Assembly: GCA_963796965.1 (NCBI GenBank)
Contig: CAWCNS010000007.1
Span: 32,001 to 96,000, forward strand
DNA length: 64,000 bases
Source: Calditrichia bacterium
GTDB taxonomy: Bacteria > Calditrichota > Calditrichia > JAJRVZ01
Reading direction: 5' to 3'
The notes under the pieces are model-generated. The model did no database searches. It had not been told where the DNA came from and was given only the letters and a program-made list of their open reading frames with translations. Position numbers and translations under genes: made by a program. Position 1 is the first letter of the stretch; each line of letters opens with the position of its first letter. Positions 1 through 9,577 of the stretch are shown here, piece after piece.

Positions 1-1
1 T

Positions 2-748
2 GATTCTCTATATGCTGAGAATTTTATATATGAGTTTCGTGGAGGTGATGCTGAGGCGAAGGAGAATCTTTTTATATGGGATAAGGAAAGCAATGCCAGA
101 ATTTGGGGAGATGTGGGACGATATAATGCTGAGAGAAGAGAGTCTCATATTATCGGAAATGCCCGTTTGCATCACAATGAGTCAACACAGAGCGATACCT
201 TAATAATTACATCACGCTTGATGTCCTATTATGGTGAGGACCCAAAGCGAGCATTAGCTCTCGATAGTGTAAGGATTTTTAAAGGCGGCGTAAGTGCCTC
301 CTGTGACTCCGCCACCTATTTTGTTACCGATGAGATGGTTACCCTGCGGTTAAAGCCTGTCGCCTGGCAGGGCGCAAGTGAAATGATTGGGAAAGAAATT
401 GATTTTACGATGGATAGCCTAAAGATAGACCAAATTTTTCTTTATACAAAGGCGCAAATCAGTACCCTGGCGGACACAGTGGAAAATAAATATAATGTCT
501 TGAGAGGTAAATCAATCCAGGTCTCCCTCGGAGAAGGTGTCCCCGAAAGAATTATTGCGCGTAGAAATGCCATTAGTATCTACCGAATCGAAGAAAATAA
601 AATAAAGCAGGGAACAAATTCTGCAAGTTCAGACAGCATTATTGTTCACTTTAAAGAAGGTGAACTTGATAGTATTTCAATCATTGGCGGAACTGAGGGT
701 ACCTTTTATCCGGCAGATTGGAAAGGAGAAATAAAGAGTGAGTATTAA
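2..748 (+). CDS. OstA/LptA-like LPS export beta-jellyroll protein, 5' truncated by window
   Basis: Frame open from base 2 through ORF 113..748; OstA-like repeats (CDSATY, KPVAWQ, SSDSIIVHF, GTFYP); overlaps lptB start. Confidence 0.75.
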   Translation, partial: DSLYAENFIYEFRGGDAEAKENLFIWDKESNARIWGDVGRYNAERRESHIIGNARLHHNESTQSDTLIITSRLMSYYGEDPKRALALDSVRIFKGGVSASCDSATYFVTDEMVTLRLKPVAWQGASEMIGKEIDFTMDSLKIDQIFLYTKAQISTLADTVENKYNVLRGKSIQVSLGEGVPERIIARRNAISIYRIEENKIKQGTNSASSDSIIVHFKEGELDSISIIGGTEGTFYPADWKGEIKSEY

Positions 749-1490
749 TCCAAATAAAGAGGTTCCTGTACTACGATCGGAAAATTTAAAAAAAATATAT
801 GGCAAAAGAACGGTGGTAAAAGATGCTTCGGTTTATGTTGCTCAGGGGGAGATTGTAGGGCTTCTTGGACCCAATGGCGCTGGTAAAACGACCACTTTTT
901 ATATGATTACGGGCATGATAAAGCCTAATGCTGGTAAAATATATATTGATAATAAGGACATTACCAAAGTTGCCATGTACCGGCGTGCCCGACGAGGGGT
1001 ATCGTATTTACCGCAGGAGGCATCTATCTTCAGAAAATTATCCGTAGAGGATAATTTGTTAGCGATTATGCAGTTAATTGGCATTCCACGAAAAGATAGA
1101 AAGAATAAATGTGAGCAGTTACTCAATGAACTAAATATTACTCATATTGCAAAAAGTAAAGGGTATAATTTGTCCGGTGGAGAGAGGCGGAGAACAGAAA
1201 TTGCCCGTACACTTGTTACCAATCCCCGTTTTATCTTGCTTGATGAACCATTTGCAGGAGTCGATCCCATAGCCGTTGAAGATATTCAGAATATCGTATT
1301 TGGGTTAAAGGAAAGGGGAATCGGTGTATTAATTACGGATCACAATGTTCATGAGACTCTCTCTATTACCGACCGCGCTTACTTACTCTTTGAAGGTCGC
1401 ATTCTCAAAGAGGGGAATGCTGCTTTTCTGGCCAATGATCCGGAAGCAAAGAAACTCTATTTAGGGGAGAAGTTTAGGTTAGAGCGGTAA
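738..1490 (+). CDS. lptB: LPS export ABC transporter ATP-binding protein
   Basis: GPNGAGKTT, YLPQEASIFRKLSV, LSGGERRR, LLDEPFAGVDP, LITDHNV. Confidence 0.97.
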   Translation: MSINPNKEVPVLRSENLKKIYGKRTVVKDASVYVAQGEIVGLLGPNGAGKTTTFYMITGMIKPNAGKIYIDNKDITKVAMYRRARRGVSYLPQEASIFRKLSVEDNLLAIMQLIGIPRKDRKNKCEQLLNELNITHIAKSKGYNLSGGERRRTEIARTLVTNPRFILLDEPFAGVDPIAVEDIQNIVFGLKERGIGVLITDHNVHETLSITDRAYLLFEGRILKEGNAAFLANDPEAKKLYLGEKFRLER

Positions 1491-1492
1491 GT

Positions 1493-1555
1493 TTAGGAAT
1501 TGGGAATTAGGGATTAGGAATTGGGAATTTATTTGGCATTTGGATTTGGAAATTA
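1493..1555. repeat. Degenerate 7-nt tandem repeats (GGAATTG/GGATTTG)
   Basis: tttaggaattgggaattagggattaggaattgggaattt...tggatttggaaatt. Confidence 0.8.
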
Positions 1556-1862
1556 AGCATTGATTTGAGATGTGTGATAGGCGATACCCGATATAAAAAA
1601 TCTCCAGGTAATTTGTTAAACATGAAAAAGATGAATTTCTAATTATCTAAAATAGAAATAGTGAAAAACTTTGCATCTTTACGTCTCTGCGAGAAAAAAA
1701 TATCTTTAATCTACTATTAAATTAGTTTGATCCGTTGATAAGATTTAAAAATAACCGTAAATTTTACAGATAATATGTCGATAATTGGCAGTATTAAGTT
1801 CTGGATGGATAAGAATAGAAAATTCCTAGCCTCAATATAAGCATTCAGGAGTTCACGAATTT

Positions 1863-2282
1863 ATGAAGCGAATTCTATTTCTTTGCACAGATAATTCCAC
1901 CTTGAGTCAGATGGCTGAGGTGTTTATGAAAAGAATTACTTTTAACCGGGTTGAAGCATTTAGCGCTGGGATAAAACCAGCAACCGTGCATCCCATGACC
2001 ATTCGGGTTATGAAGGAGGTGGGAATCGATATCTCAAAAAGCCGGTCAAAATCCGTAAATGAATACTATCATTCCCGTTTTGACTATGTCATTACCATTC
2101 AAGACGAGGCAAGGCTGAATAGCCCTACCTTTCAGGGAAGCCATACCAAAATCCACAAAAGTTTGGATGATCCGGCCCTGGTCAAGGGAAGCGAAGCTGA
2201 GAAGGCAGAGGCTTTTAGAAATACCCGGGATCAGATAAAAGAATGGCTTGCAGATTTTGTTGAACGATATCAGCTATCATAA
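1863..2282 (+). CDS. ArsC/LMW-PTP family protein with degenerate active site
   Basis: ILFLCTDNSTLSQMAE, SAGIKP, VHPMTIRVMKEVGIDIS, FDYVITI, DDP; lacks CX5R Arg and resolving Cys residues. Confidence 0.85.
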   Translation: MKRILFLCTDNSTLSQMAEVFMKRITFNRVEAFSAGIKPATVHPMTIRVMKEVGIDISKSRSKSVNEYYHSRFDYVITIQDEARLNSPTFQGSHTKIHKSLDDPALVKGSEAEKAEAFRNTRDQIKEWLADFVERYQLS

Positions 2283-2420
2283 ACACCCATATCTTTTCTG
2301 TATTTTACCCAAATAAATTAGATTAAATATATGCACCCGGAGTATTTTTAGATGCGTTAGGATAATTTAAAATTACCTGGTTTAAAGAGAATATAATTAT
2401 TTGTATATCCGATTTTTAAA

Positions 2421-2516
2421 AACTAAGAACACCAAGAAAACGCAAAGTTCACTAAGAATATATTATTAATAAAAACTTTGTGATCTTTATGCCTTCTTCG
2501 CGAACTTTGTGTTTAA
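2421..2516. repeat. Inverted-repeat element, CACAAAG/CTTTGTG family (family D)
   Basis: Left arm aactaagaacaccaagaaaacgcaaagttcactaag; right arm ctttgtgatctttatgccttcttcgcgaactttgtgttt. Confidence 0.75.
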
Positions 2517-2627
2517 TCTTTTTTCTTTTTTACATCTGAATGGCCAGAGGCTGTCGATCACAACAATGGTGAGCCTTTGGTAATCCATGTTTTTAACACT
2601 ACTTTAAGGACTGGCAGGAGAATGTAA

Positions 2628-4094
2628 ATGAAGGACCGTAAATCAATAATTTTATTAATATTTTTTAGTATTCTTATATTATCACCATTAGCAGGTTCAA
2701 CTGATCTTCTCTTAGCAAGTGGAGATGCAGCCGGATCTGATTTGGGAAGTGAGTTGCCTTTATGGACGGCAATTCCATTTGCCGGAATTCTCCTTTCAAT
2801 TGCTATCTTCCCTCTATTTGCGCCACATTTTTGGCACCACCATTTTCCAAAAATTGCTGCAGCCTGGGCGCTTATATTCGCCATTCCATTTTTAATTGTC
2901 TATAAAGGACAGGCTGTCCACGAAATATTACATATCTATTTTATTGATTATATCCCCTTTATTATTCTATTATGGGGTCTTTTTACGATCTCTGGTGGTA
3001 TTTATATCAGAGGATCACTTAAGGGTACACCTATTCTTAATACATTTTTGATTCTCATTGGTACGCTTCTCGCTTCCTGGGTTGGTACAACGGGCGCGGC
3101 AATGATTATGATCCGTCCTCTTCTGAGAGCTAATGAGAATCGAAAACATAAAATCCATCTGATCGTGATTTTTATTTTCCTCGTCGCAAATATTGGTGGG
3201 ACTTTAACACCACTTGGAGATCCTCCCTTGTTCCTGGGGTTTTTACATGGGGTTGATTTCTTTTGGACCTTGGGATTGCTGCCTGAACTTATTGTCACTG
3301 CTGTCATTTTACTTGTTGTTCTTTTTATATGGGATACTATTCTTTATAAAAAAGAGGATCTTTCGGGTACTGAGAATATAGAGAAAGTACCTATTAGGGT
3401 TGAGGGAGCGTTTAACTTTATATTTCTCCTCGGTGTGGTCGGTGGTGTTTTATTCAGCGGTGTTGCTCAGATTGGTGATGTAAATGTCCTCGGCGTTCAT
3501 ATGCAAATTCAGGGTATTATGAGAGATGTGTGGATCATTGGAATGGGATTGCTATCCCTAAAGTTAACCTCGAAAGCGATACGAGAAGAAAATGAATTTT
3601 CCTGGTTCCCAATTCAGGAGGTGGCCTATCTCTTTGCAGGAATATTTATGACCATTATACCTGCTCTGGCTATTCTCAAAGCGGGGGAACATGGTGCCAT
3701 GGCGGCCCTGATTCAGGCTGTGGAAACCCCTCAACATTTTTTCTGGGTTACAGGATCTCTTTCCAGTTTTCTGGACAACGCGCCAACCTATCTGACCTTT
3801 TTTAACACAGCGTTGGGTAAATTGGGTTTGACCGAACCCATGGTCAGAGAAGCTTTTGCGGCAGGAACAATCAGTACTTCTTTTCCGGAATTTGAGAAAT
3901 TATTAATAGGCATCTCCCTTGGGGCAGTCTTTATGGGCGCAAATACTTATATTGGCAATGCACCCAATTTTATGGTCAAATCGATCGCTGAAGAAGCAGG
4001 AATTAAAATGCCCAGTTTCTTTGGCTATATGTTTAAATACTCCATTCCCATTCTGATCCCAGTTTTTATTATTGTAACACTCATCTTTCTATAA
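2628..4094 (+). CDS. IT-superfamily transporter (CitMHS_2 / 'sodium:proton antiporter' type)
   Basis: Many TM helices; LTPLGDPPLFLG, SSFLDNAPTY, GANTYIGNAPNFMVK. Confidence 0.85.
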   Translation: MKDRKSIILLIFFSILILSPLAGSTDLLLASGDAAGSDLGSELPLWTAIPFAGILLSIAIFPLFAPHFWHHHFPKIAAAWALIFAIPFLIVYKGQAVHEILHIYFIDYIPFIILLWGLFTISGGIYIRGSLKGTPILNTFLILIGTLLASWVGTTGAAMIMIRPLLRANENRKHKIHLIVIFIFLVANIGGTLTPLGDPPLFLGFLHGVDFFWTLGLLPELIVTAVILLVVLFIWDTILYKKEDLSGTENIEKVPIRVEGAFNFIFLLGVVGGVLFSGVAQIGDVNVLGVHMQIQGIMRDVWIIGMGLLSLKLTSKAIREENEFSWFPIQEVAYLFAGIFMTIIPALAILKAGEHGAMAALIQAVETPQHFFWVTGSLSSFLDNAPTYLTFFNTALGKLGLTEPMVREAFAAGTISTSFPEFEKLLIGISLGAVFMGANTYIGNAPNFMVKSIAEEAGIKMPSFFGYMFKYSIPILIPVFIIVTLIFL

Positions 4095-4116
4095 AAAAGA
4101 TTATAATAATACTCAT

Positions 4117-4151
4117 AACCCCCGGCAGTAGAGCTTGCCGGGGGTTTTTTT
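4117..4151 (+). terminator. Rho-independent terminator
   Basis: aacccccggcag-tagagc-ttgccggggg followed by T7. Confidence 0.9.
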
Positions 4152-4181
4152 GTAAGATATATTATATAATTTAATTTTTTC

Positions 4182-4331
4182 AAACACAAAGAACTCAAAG
4201 AATTCACAAAGGTCACAAAGTTTTATTAAAGGAATAGATAAAAATAAGAGTCCGTATATAATTCGTGAAATTAGTATTAATTAGTGAAATTCGTGGATAA
4301 ATTCGTTTTGGCTTAGTGGCGCTGCGTGAGA
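4182..4331. repeat. Composite repeat arms (families D, B, A)
   Basis: cacaaag-type units at 4182-4220; attcgtgaaattagt...attcgtgga at 4261-4299; gcgctgcgtgaga ending at 4331. Confidence 0.7.
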
Positions 4332-4389
4332 AATTTTGAGGTAGAGATTCAACTGTTATTTAAAATGAGAATTATGTAAATTACGGCTT

Positions 4390-6190
4390 ATGGAAGCAAT
4401 TGCGCAGACACAAAATAAAATTAAAATCCTTCCGGTCAGTCTCTCCAATAAAATTGCCGCTGGTGAGGTCGTTGAACGCCCGGCTTCGGTGGTTAAAGGA
4501 GTTCATTGAAAATGCCATTGATGCAGGGGCCGATAAAATAGCATTAATTCTTAAGAAGAGTGGAAAAGAGTTAATTCAAATCGTGGATAGTGGGCAGGGA
4601 ATGGGAGTAGAAGACCTTAAACTTGCCTTCAAACGCCATGCTACCAGTAAGATATCTAAAGATGAAGATCTAGAGCAGATCGAGACATTGGGTTTTCGTG
4701 GCGAGGCCTTACCAAGCATTGCCTCTGTCTCACAAGTTGAGGTGGTTAGCCGGGAAAATGGAGCGAATATCGCTGAGCGGTTGTTTCTTGAGGGTGGGAC
4801 TGTAGTCAAAGAGGACAAGACGGCTGCACCGGTTGGGACGAATATAAAAATAAAACAGCTGTTTTTTAATACCCCCGCACGTAGAAACTTTCTCCGCGCT
4901 GACAGTACAGAATTACACCAGATAATTACGACTATAAAACGATTTTTTATTTCCTATCCGGATATCGAATTTGAGGTTCACCATGATGATTCCGAACTCT
5001 TCCACCTTAAAAGAGGGTCTATTGAGGAACGTTTAAAAGATGTTTTTGGAGAAGATCATTTTTCAGCGTTGATTTCTTTCAACGAACAACTTGGCGGTAT
5101 TGATCTCCAGGGTTTTGTATCCAGACCGGATAAGGTAAGACGGGTCCGTGGAAATCAATTCCTGTTTTTAAATGGACGTCCCATCCAAAATAAGTCTTTG
5201 AATCATGCCATAATGCAGGGATATGGAAACCTGATTCAACCCGGTGAATTTCCCCTCTATTGTATCTTCCTTGAACTTGATCCACGGCTGGTAGATGTAA
5301 ATGTCCACCCAAGTAAAATGGAAGTACGATTCTCAAATGATCGCAGTTTATATCACTTTTTCCTCTCAACTATTCGTAAAGCATTTCACGATCATAATGT
5401 TATCCCTAAAATGGGCATGGCAAATTCGGATGCGTTTTTGGCAAAATTTAACGATGATAAGAGTAGTGGAGATGTTCTGGCAGAATTGAAAAACCGGAAC
5501 CGGTTTATGGGGCGCGACAATGAACAACAATTAAGTCTGGTCTACTTTGAACATGACAATGAGGAAACACCTGCTGAGATAGAAACAGAGACAGAGGTGT
5601 CAACACATGTTGAAAATGTTGATGTTCAGTTCTGGCAGATACATAACCGCTATATATTATCACAGATTAAAAGTGGTATTGTGATCATCGATCAACATAT
5701 TGCCCATGAAAGAATTTTATTTGAACGAATATTAAGAATATTGCGTAAGGGAGAGCAGTCTGTTGGTCAACAACTTCTTTTTCCACAAACTATAACATTG
5801 TCAGTAGATGATTTTGTAAAATTCAAAGATATCGTCCATCTGCTTAATAAAATTGGATTTGTGTTGCGCATATTTAGTGGTACAACCATCGTTATTGATG
5901 CTATTCCTGTGGATGTAAAGATTGGCCGCGAGGCACAGATACTTCTTGATATTATTGATTATTACAAGGAAAATCCTGATCGTGAATTTGATCCAATGCA
6001 GCGAATTGCCGCGGCATTTTCCTGTAAAAATGCCATCAAATCAGGTGAATCACTGACTACGGCTCAAATGCATGCCATGATGGATCAATTGTTTGCCTGC
6101 GAATCCCCATATTTTTGCCCCCACGGAAGACCGGTTATCATCACCATGGATCTGGAAGAGTTTGACCGCAAATTTAAACGCATTACCTGA
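4390..6190 (+). CDS. mutL: DNA mismatch repair endonuclease MutL (+1 frameshift near 4496-4500)
   Basis: ATG 4390 reads [32 protein letters not shown], then shifts into [36 protein letters not shown]. Confidence 0.95.
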
Positions 6191-6191
6191 G

Positions 6192-7115
6192 ATGGATGCC
6201 GTCCCCATTCTTGTTGGTCCCACGGCTGTTGGAAAAACGGCTGTTTCACTCCAAATTGCCAAAGAACTGCCCATCGAAATCATATCCGCTGATTCGAGAC
6301 AAATTTATAAATATCTTGATATTGGAACGGCCAAACCTGAATCTGATATATTAGAGAAAATCCCCCATCATTTTATCAATACGCTCAATCCTGAAGAATA
6401 TTTTAGTGCTGGCATGTTTGGGGAACAGGCGCGAGAATTGATAAATGAAATTCAGGCGAAAAATAAAATCCCTTTTATTGTCGGTGGATCTGGATTTTAT
6501 ATCCAGGCCCTTGTAGAGGGATTGTCTGAAATCGAAGGCGTCGATGAATCTGTTCGTAATGAAGTGACAAAGAGATGGGATAGTGAAGGTGCTGAAAATC
6601 TTTATAATGAACTTAAACAGGTTGATCGTCCTCTGGCAGAAAAGTTAAAACCTAAAGACAAACAAAGAATTCTGAGAGGATTGGAAGTCTATTATGTGAG
6701 TGGTCAAAAGCTTTCCGATTTACAGAAACGTACGCCTCAACCTGCTTCGTTCACAACTCGTATGGCGGGGATCATGGCGGAACGGAATTTATTATATGAG
6801 AAAATAAATCAGCGTGTTGATGAAATGATCAAACGAGGTCTGATAGAGGAAGTCAAGGGATTAATCCAATTGGGGTATAAGAAAGATCTAAATGCTCTGA
6901 ACACGGTAGGTTATAAAGAGGTCTTCGATTACCTTGATGGCAAACTTAGTCATGAAGAGATGGTGGAAGAGATAAAAAAGTACAGCCGCCGGTATGCCAA
7001 GAGACAATTAACCTGGTTCCGGAGAGATGAACGGATAAAATGGTTCAATATTAATGATTACGACACACTACAGCACTTAGCAGAAAACATTCTGAATTTT
7101 TATCAAAATCATTGA
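6192..7115 (+). CDS. miaA: tRNA dimethylallyltransferase
   Basis: GPTAVGKT, SADSRQIY, IGTAKP, VGGSGFY, YAKRQLTWF; follows mutL. Confidence 0.96.
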   Translation: MDAVPILVGPTAVGKTAVSLQIAKELPIEIISADSRQIYKYLDIGTAKPESDILEKIPHHFINTLNPEEYFSAGMFGEQARELINEIQAKNKIPFIVGGSGFYIQALVEGLSEIEGVDESVRNEVTKRWDSEGAENLYNELKQVDRPLAEKLKPKDKQRILRGLEVYYVSGQKLSDLQKRTPQPASFTTRMAGIMAERNLLYEKINQRVDEMIKRGLIEEVKGLIQLGYKKDLNALNTVGYKEVFDYLDGKLSHEEMVEEIKKYSRRYAKRQLTWFRRDERIKWFNINDYDTLQHLAENILNFYQNH

Positions 7116-7305
7116 TAATCTAATGGTGTCTCTTCCTAAAACCGTATCACCATACTGTTGGATAAATCTTTTAGAAGACTGGTTCGCTCAAACCCGTAAG
7201 CATATGAGACTCAGATCATAAATACATAGGCATGAGAAAGCATTATTGTAATCAAAAGGTTTTTTATACTACTATCAATTTCTTTAAACCGAACTTCGTA
7301 TCAGT

Positions 7306-7337
7306 TTTCCCCTCCCTAATCAGATTAGGGAGGGGGA
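7306..7337. repeat. GC-rich palindrome (CCCCTCC...GGAGGGG type)
   Basis: cccctccctaatcagattagggagggg; related to 31665-31712. Confidence 0.65.
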
Positions 7338-7478
7338 TTGAAAGGATTTAGTTAGTAAATATACATTTGTAATTGTTGGTTTCTTTTTATAGAATTGAGA
7401 TACAAAATAGTTAGGTAAAGGTAGTGTCATCCCGATAGAATCGGGATATGAAAAAATGAAAAAAAGGATTAAAAGATG

Positions 7479-7860
7479 AAACCATCCCGTACAAGCCTGG
7501 CTTTACCAAGCCTACGGGACAGGCAGAGGCCACAGAGAAATACTCAGAGAACTCCTAAAGAATATTATCTTAAAGATATTACTAAAATAATCACCTGTGG
7601 TTTGATTTATCAGAAAAGTTCATTCTTCTCTTAGACCAGATCTATATGATATATCTGAAAGCAGAAAAGCTACAAGTTGGACTATTGATCAATTTTAATG
7701 TTGACAAATTAAAAGAGGGAATAAGGAGAGTCTTATTATAAGATATCACAAAGGGGAGATAATGAGAAAAAATATTAACATAAATAATATTAATAAGTTA
7801 CTCTGTGTGCTCTGCCTGCCCCGTAAAGTCTGACGGAGTCAGATTTGTACGGGGTGGTTA
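7479..7860. mobile_element. Decayed GxxExxY cassette bounded by inverted ACCACAGAG/CTCTGTGGT-type arms
   Basis: Arms 7479-7551 and 7801-7860 are approximate reverse complements, each interrupted by a hairpin insert; interior encodes GxxExxY fragments. Confidence 0.7.
7560..7741 (+). pseudogene. Internally deleted GxxExxY-family gene remnant
   Basis: 7615-7650 reads KVHSSLRPDLY (cf. EVHxxLGPGLLE); 7652-7741 reads YLKAEKLQVGLLINFNVDKLKEGIRRVLL*, matching the family C-terminus; middle missing. Confidence 0.8.
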
Positions 7861-7896
7861 TTTTTTACACTACCTGTAAATTAGTAGGAGTAATAA

Positions 7897-9270
7897 ATGA
7901 ACAGTAAACCGATGATTAAATATTTAATAACACTAGTTATCTCAACTATTTTTATTCATACTGTATCAGCCCAGGATACCCATTACTGGAATCTTCAGTA
8001 TGGCACGCGGTCCAATCTGTTGGGGGGGGCTGTTATCGGTAGTGTAAACGATATGGCTGCTACTTATTATAATCCGGCGGCTCTGGCGCTATTTCCGACA
8101 CCGGAAATATTACTCAGTGGAAAAGTGTATCAGTATAGTTCTCTAAGCCTGAATAACGGCGCCGGGCCCGGGAAGGATTTGACCTCCAGTACTATCGAGG
8201 CTGCTCCTACTCTTTTTGCCGGTTCCTTTACCTTTGATTGGCTTGGTGATCATACGTTGTCTTATTCAATACTCACCCGACAGCGTATGAATTTTGGTAT
8301 TGAAGGACGCCGCGGTGGTGTTCGTGATACAGAGTCAGGTGACGAATTAGTAGCCGGTGAGTTAATCGCCAATCAGGAGTTGTCTGATTTATGGGTTGGC
8401 TTGACCTGGGCTTTGAAGCTCAGCCCCCAAATAGCCATCGGTGTTACGCCCTATCTTTCGGTACGGGACCAAAAAACACGTAAACACGCCTACACCGAAA
8501 TTTTAGATCCGCTGGGAGATGTCTCGGCCGCCATTATAACACAGCAATTTGAATATAAAAATTATCGTCTGTTAGCTAAAGCCGGAATTGGTGCAAATTT
8601 TGATCCATTGACCTTGGGTGTATCTCTTACAACACCTAGCCTCTCCTTGAGTGGAAGCGGATCATCATTGGTCAACCTGATCAATACAGGTGATGCCTCA
8701 AGTGATGAAACCATTTTTCTAGCGAATTATCAACAAGAGGTTACGGCCCGTCATCATCTGCCGCTTTCCATAGGCTTCGGGGCCGGTTACCGCCTTGGAA
8801 AACATCGTATACATTTCAGTACAGAATGGTATGATAAAGTCGACAGATATGATAACCTGGATACAGAGGATTTTATAGGTCAAAGCAGCGGTGAGACATT
8901 TTCTAACCGGGTGGATAGCGAATTGAAAAGCGTACTCAATTATGGATTTGGCTTTGAATTCTATATTAGTGAACAGTTAAATCTTTATCTCAGCTATATT
9001 ACGGATTTCTCAGCAGCTGTTCTGGATACCAAAACAAACCTGACTGTTTCGACCTGGGATATATACCACATCTCCACAGGCGCGTCTTTTGCCATTGGCC
9101 GGTCGGAATTTACCCTGGGCGTCAACTACGCCTTTGGCTCGGATAAGATAAAGGGTCCGGTAAATCTTCCTGAAGGTGATATAAAAAATACCCTGGGCGA
9201 TCTTCTTCAAAATTCAACTGTTGATTATACACGTTTAAAATTTTTGATTGGATTTTCTTTCGAGATTTAG
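7897..9270 (+). CDS. Outer-membrane beta-barrel, FadL/OmpP1/TodX-like
   Basis: Signal peptide; GTRSNLLGGA...ATYYNPAALA hatch motif; amphipathic strands; RBS ggag. Confidence 0.7.
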   Translation: MNSKPMIKYLITLVISTIFIHTVSAQDTHYWNLQYGTRSNLLGGAVIGSVNDMAATYYNPAALALFPTPEILLSGKVYQYSSLSLNNGAGPGKDLTSSTIEAAPTLFAGSFTFDWLGDHTLSYSILTRQRMNFGIEGRRGGVRDTESGDELVAGELIANQELSDLWVGLTWALKLSPQIAIGVTPYLSVRDQKTRKHAYTEILDPLGDVSAAIITQQFEYKNYRLLAKAGIGANFDPLTLGVSLTTPSLSLSGSGSSLVNLINTGDASSDETIFLANYQQEVTARHHLPLSIGFGAGYRLGKHRIHFSTEWYDKVDRYDNLDTEDFIGQSSGETFSNRVDSELKSVLNYGFGFEFYISEQLNLYLSYITDFSAAVLDTKTNLTVSTWDIYHISTGASFAIGRSEFTLGVNYAFGSDKIKGPVNLPEGDIKNTLGDLLQNSTVDYTRLKFLIGFSFEI

Positions 9271-9286
9271 TGACGGAAAGATTTGG

Positions 9287-9430
9287 GTTGAAACAGCAAA
9301 TATTATGCTGGTACACAGCAGTCAATAGGATGTAGTCGATATCATTGCCCTGGCAAAGGCCACTTATTGAAAGATGGTTCAAAATCTTGTGTGGATTATA
9401 ATACCTTCGCAACTCCTTTGGCTGCCAGGA
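9287..9430 (+). pseudogene. Remnant of heavy-metal (CopB-type) P1B ATPase C-terminal region
   Basis: Reads VETANIMLVHSSQ*DVVDIIALAKATY*KMVQNLVW, then shifted YNTFATPLAA; two in-frame stops. Confidence 0.7.
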
Positions 9431-9577
9431 AACTTTCTGCAAACATCGTTAATTTAAATCCGGCTATGAGAGGCTTATTTATGCCATTTAGTAGAGTGAT
9501 CCTAAGAAAAACATCCGGATTTTGAAAGTACATGAATTAAGTCTTTATTAAATCATAATCGAGTTACAAATGATATT

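Noticed and set aside
1863..4094. Arsenic-resistance operon
   Set aside because: The ArsC-like protein lacks catalytic residues, the transporter is not ArsB/Acr3-like by motif, there is no arsR, and the gap is 345 bp
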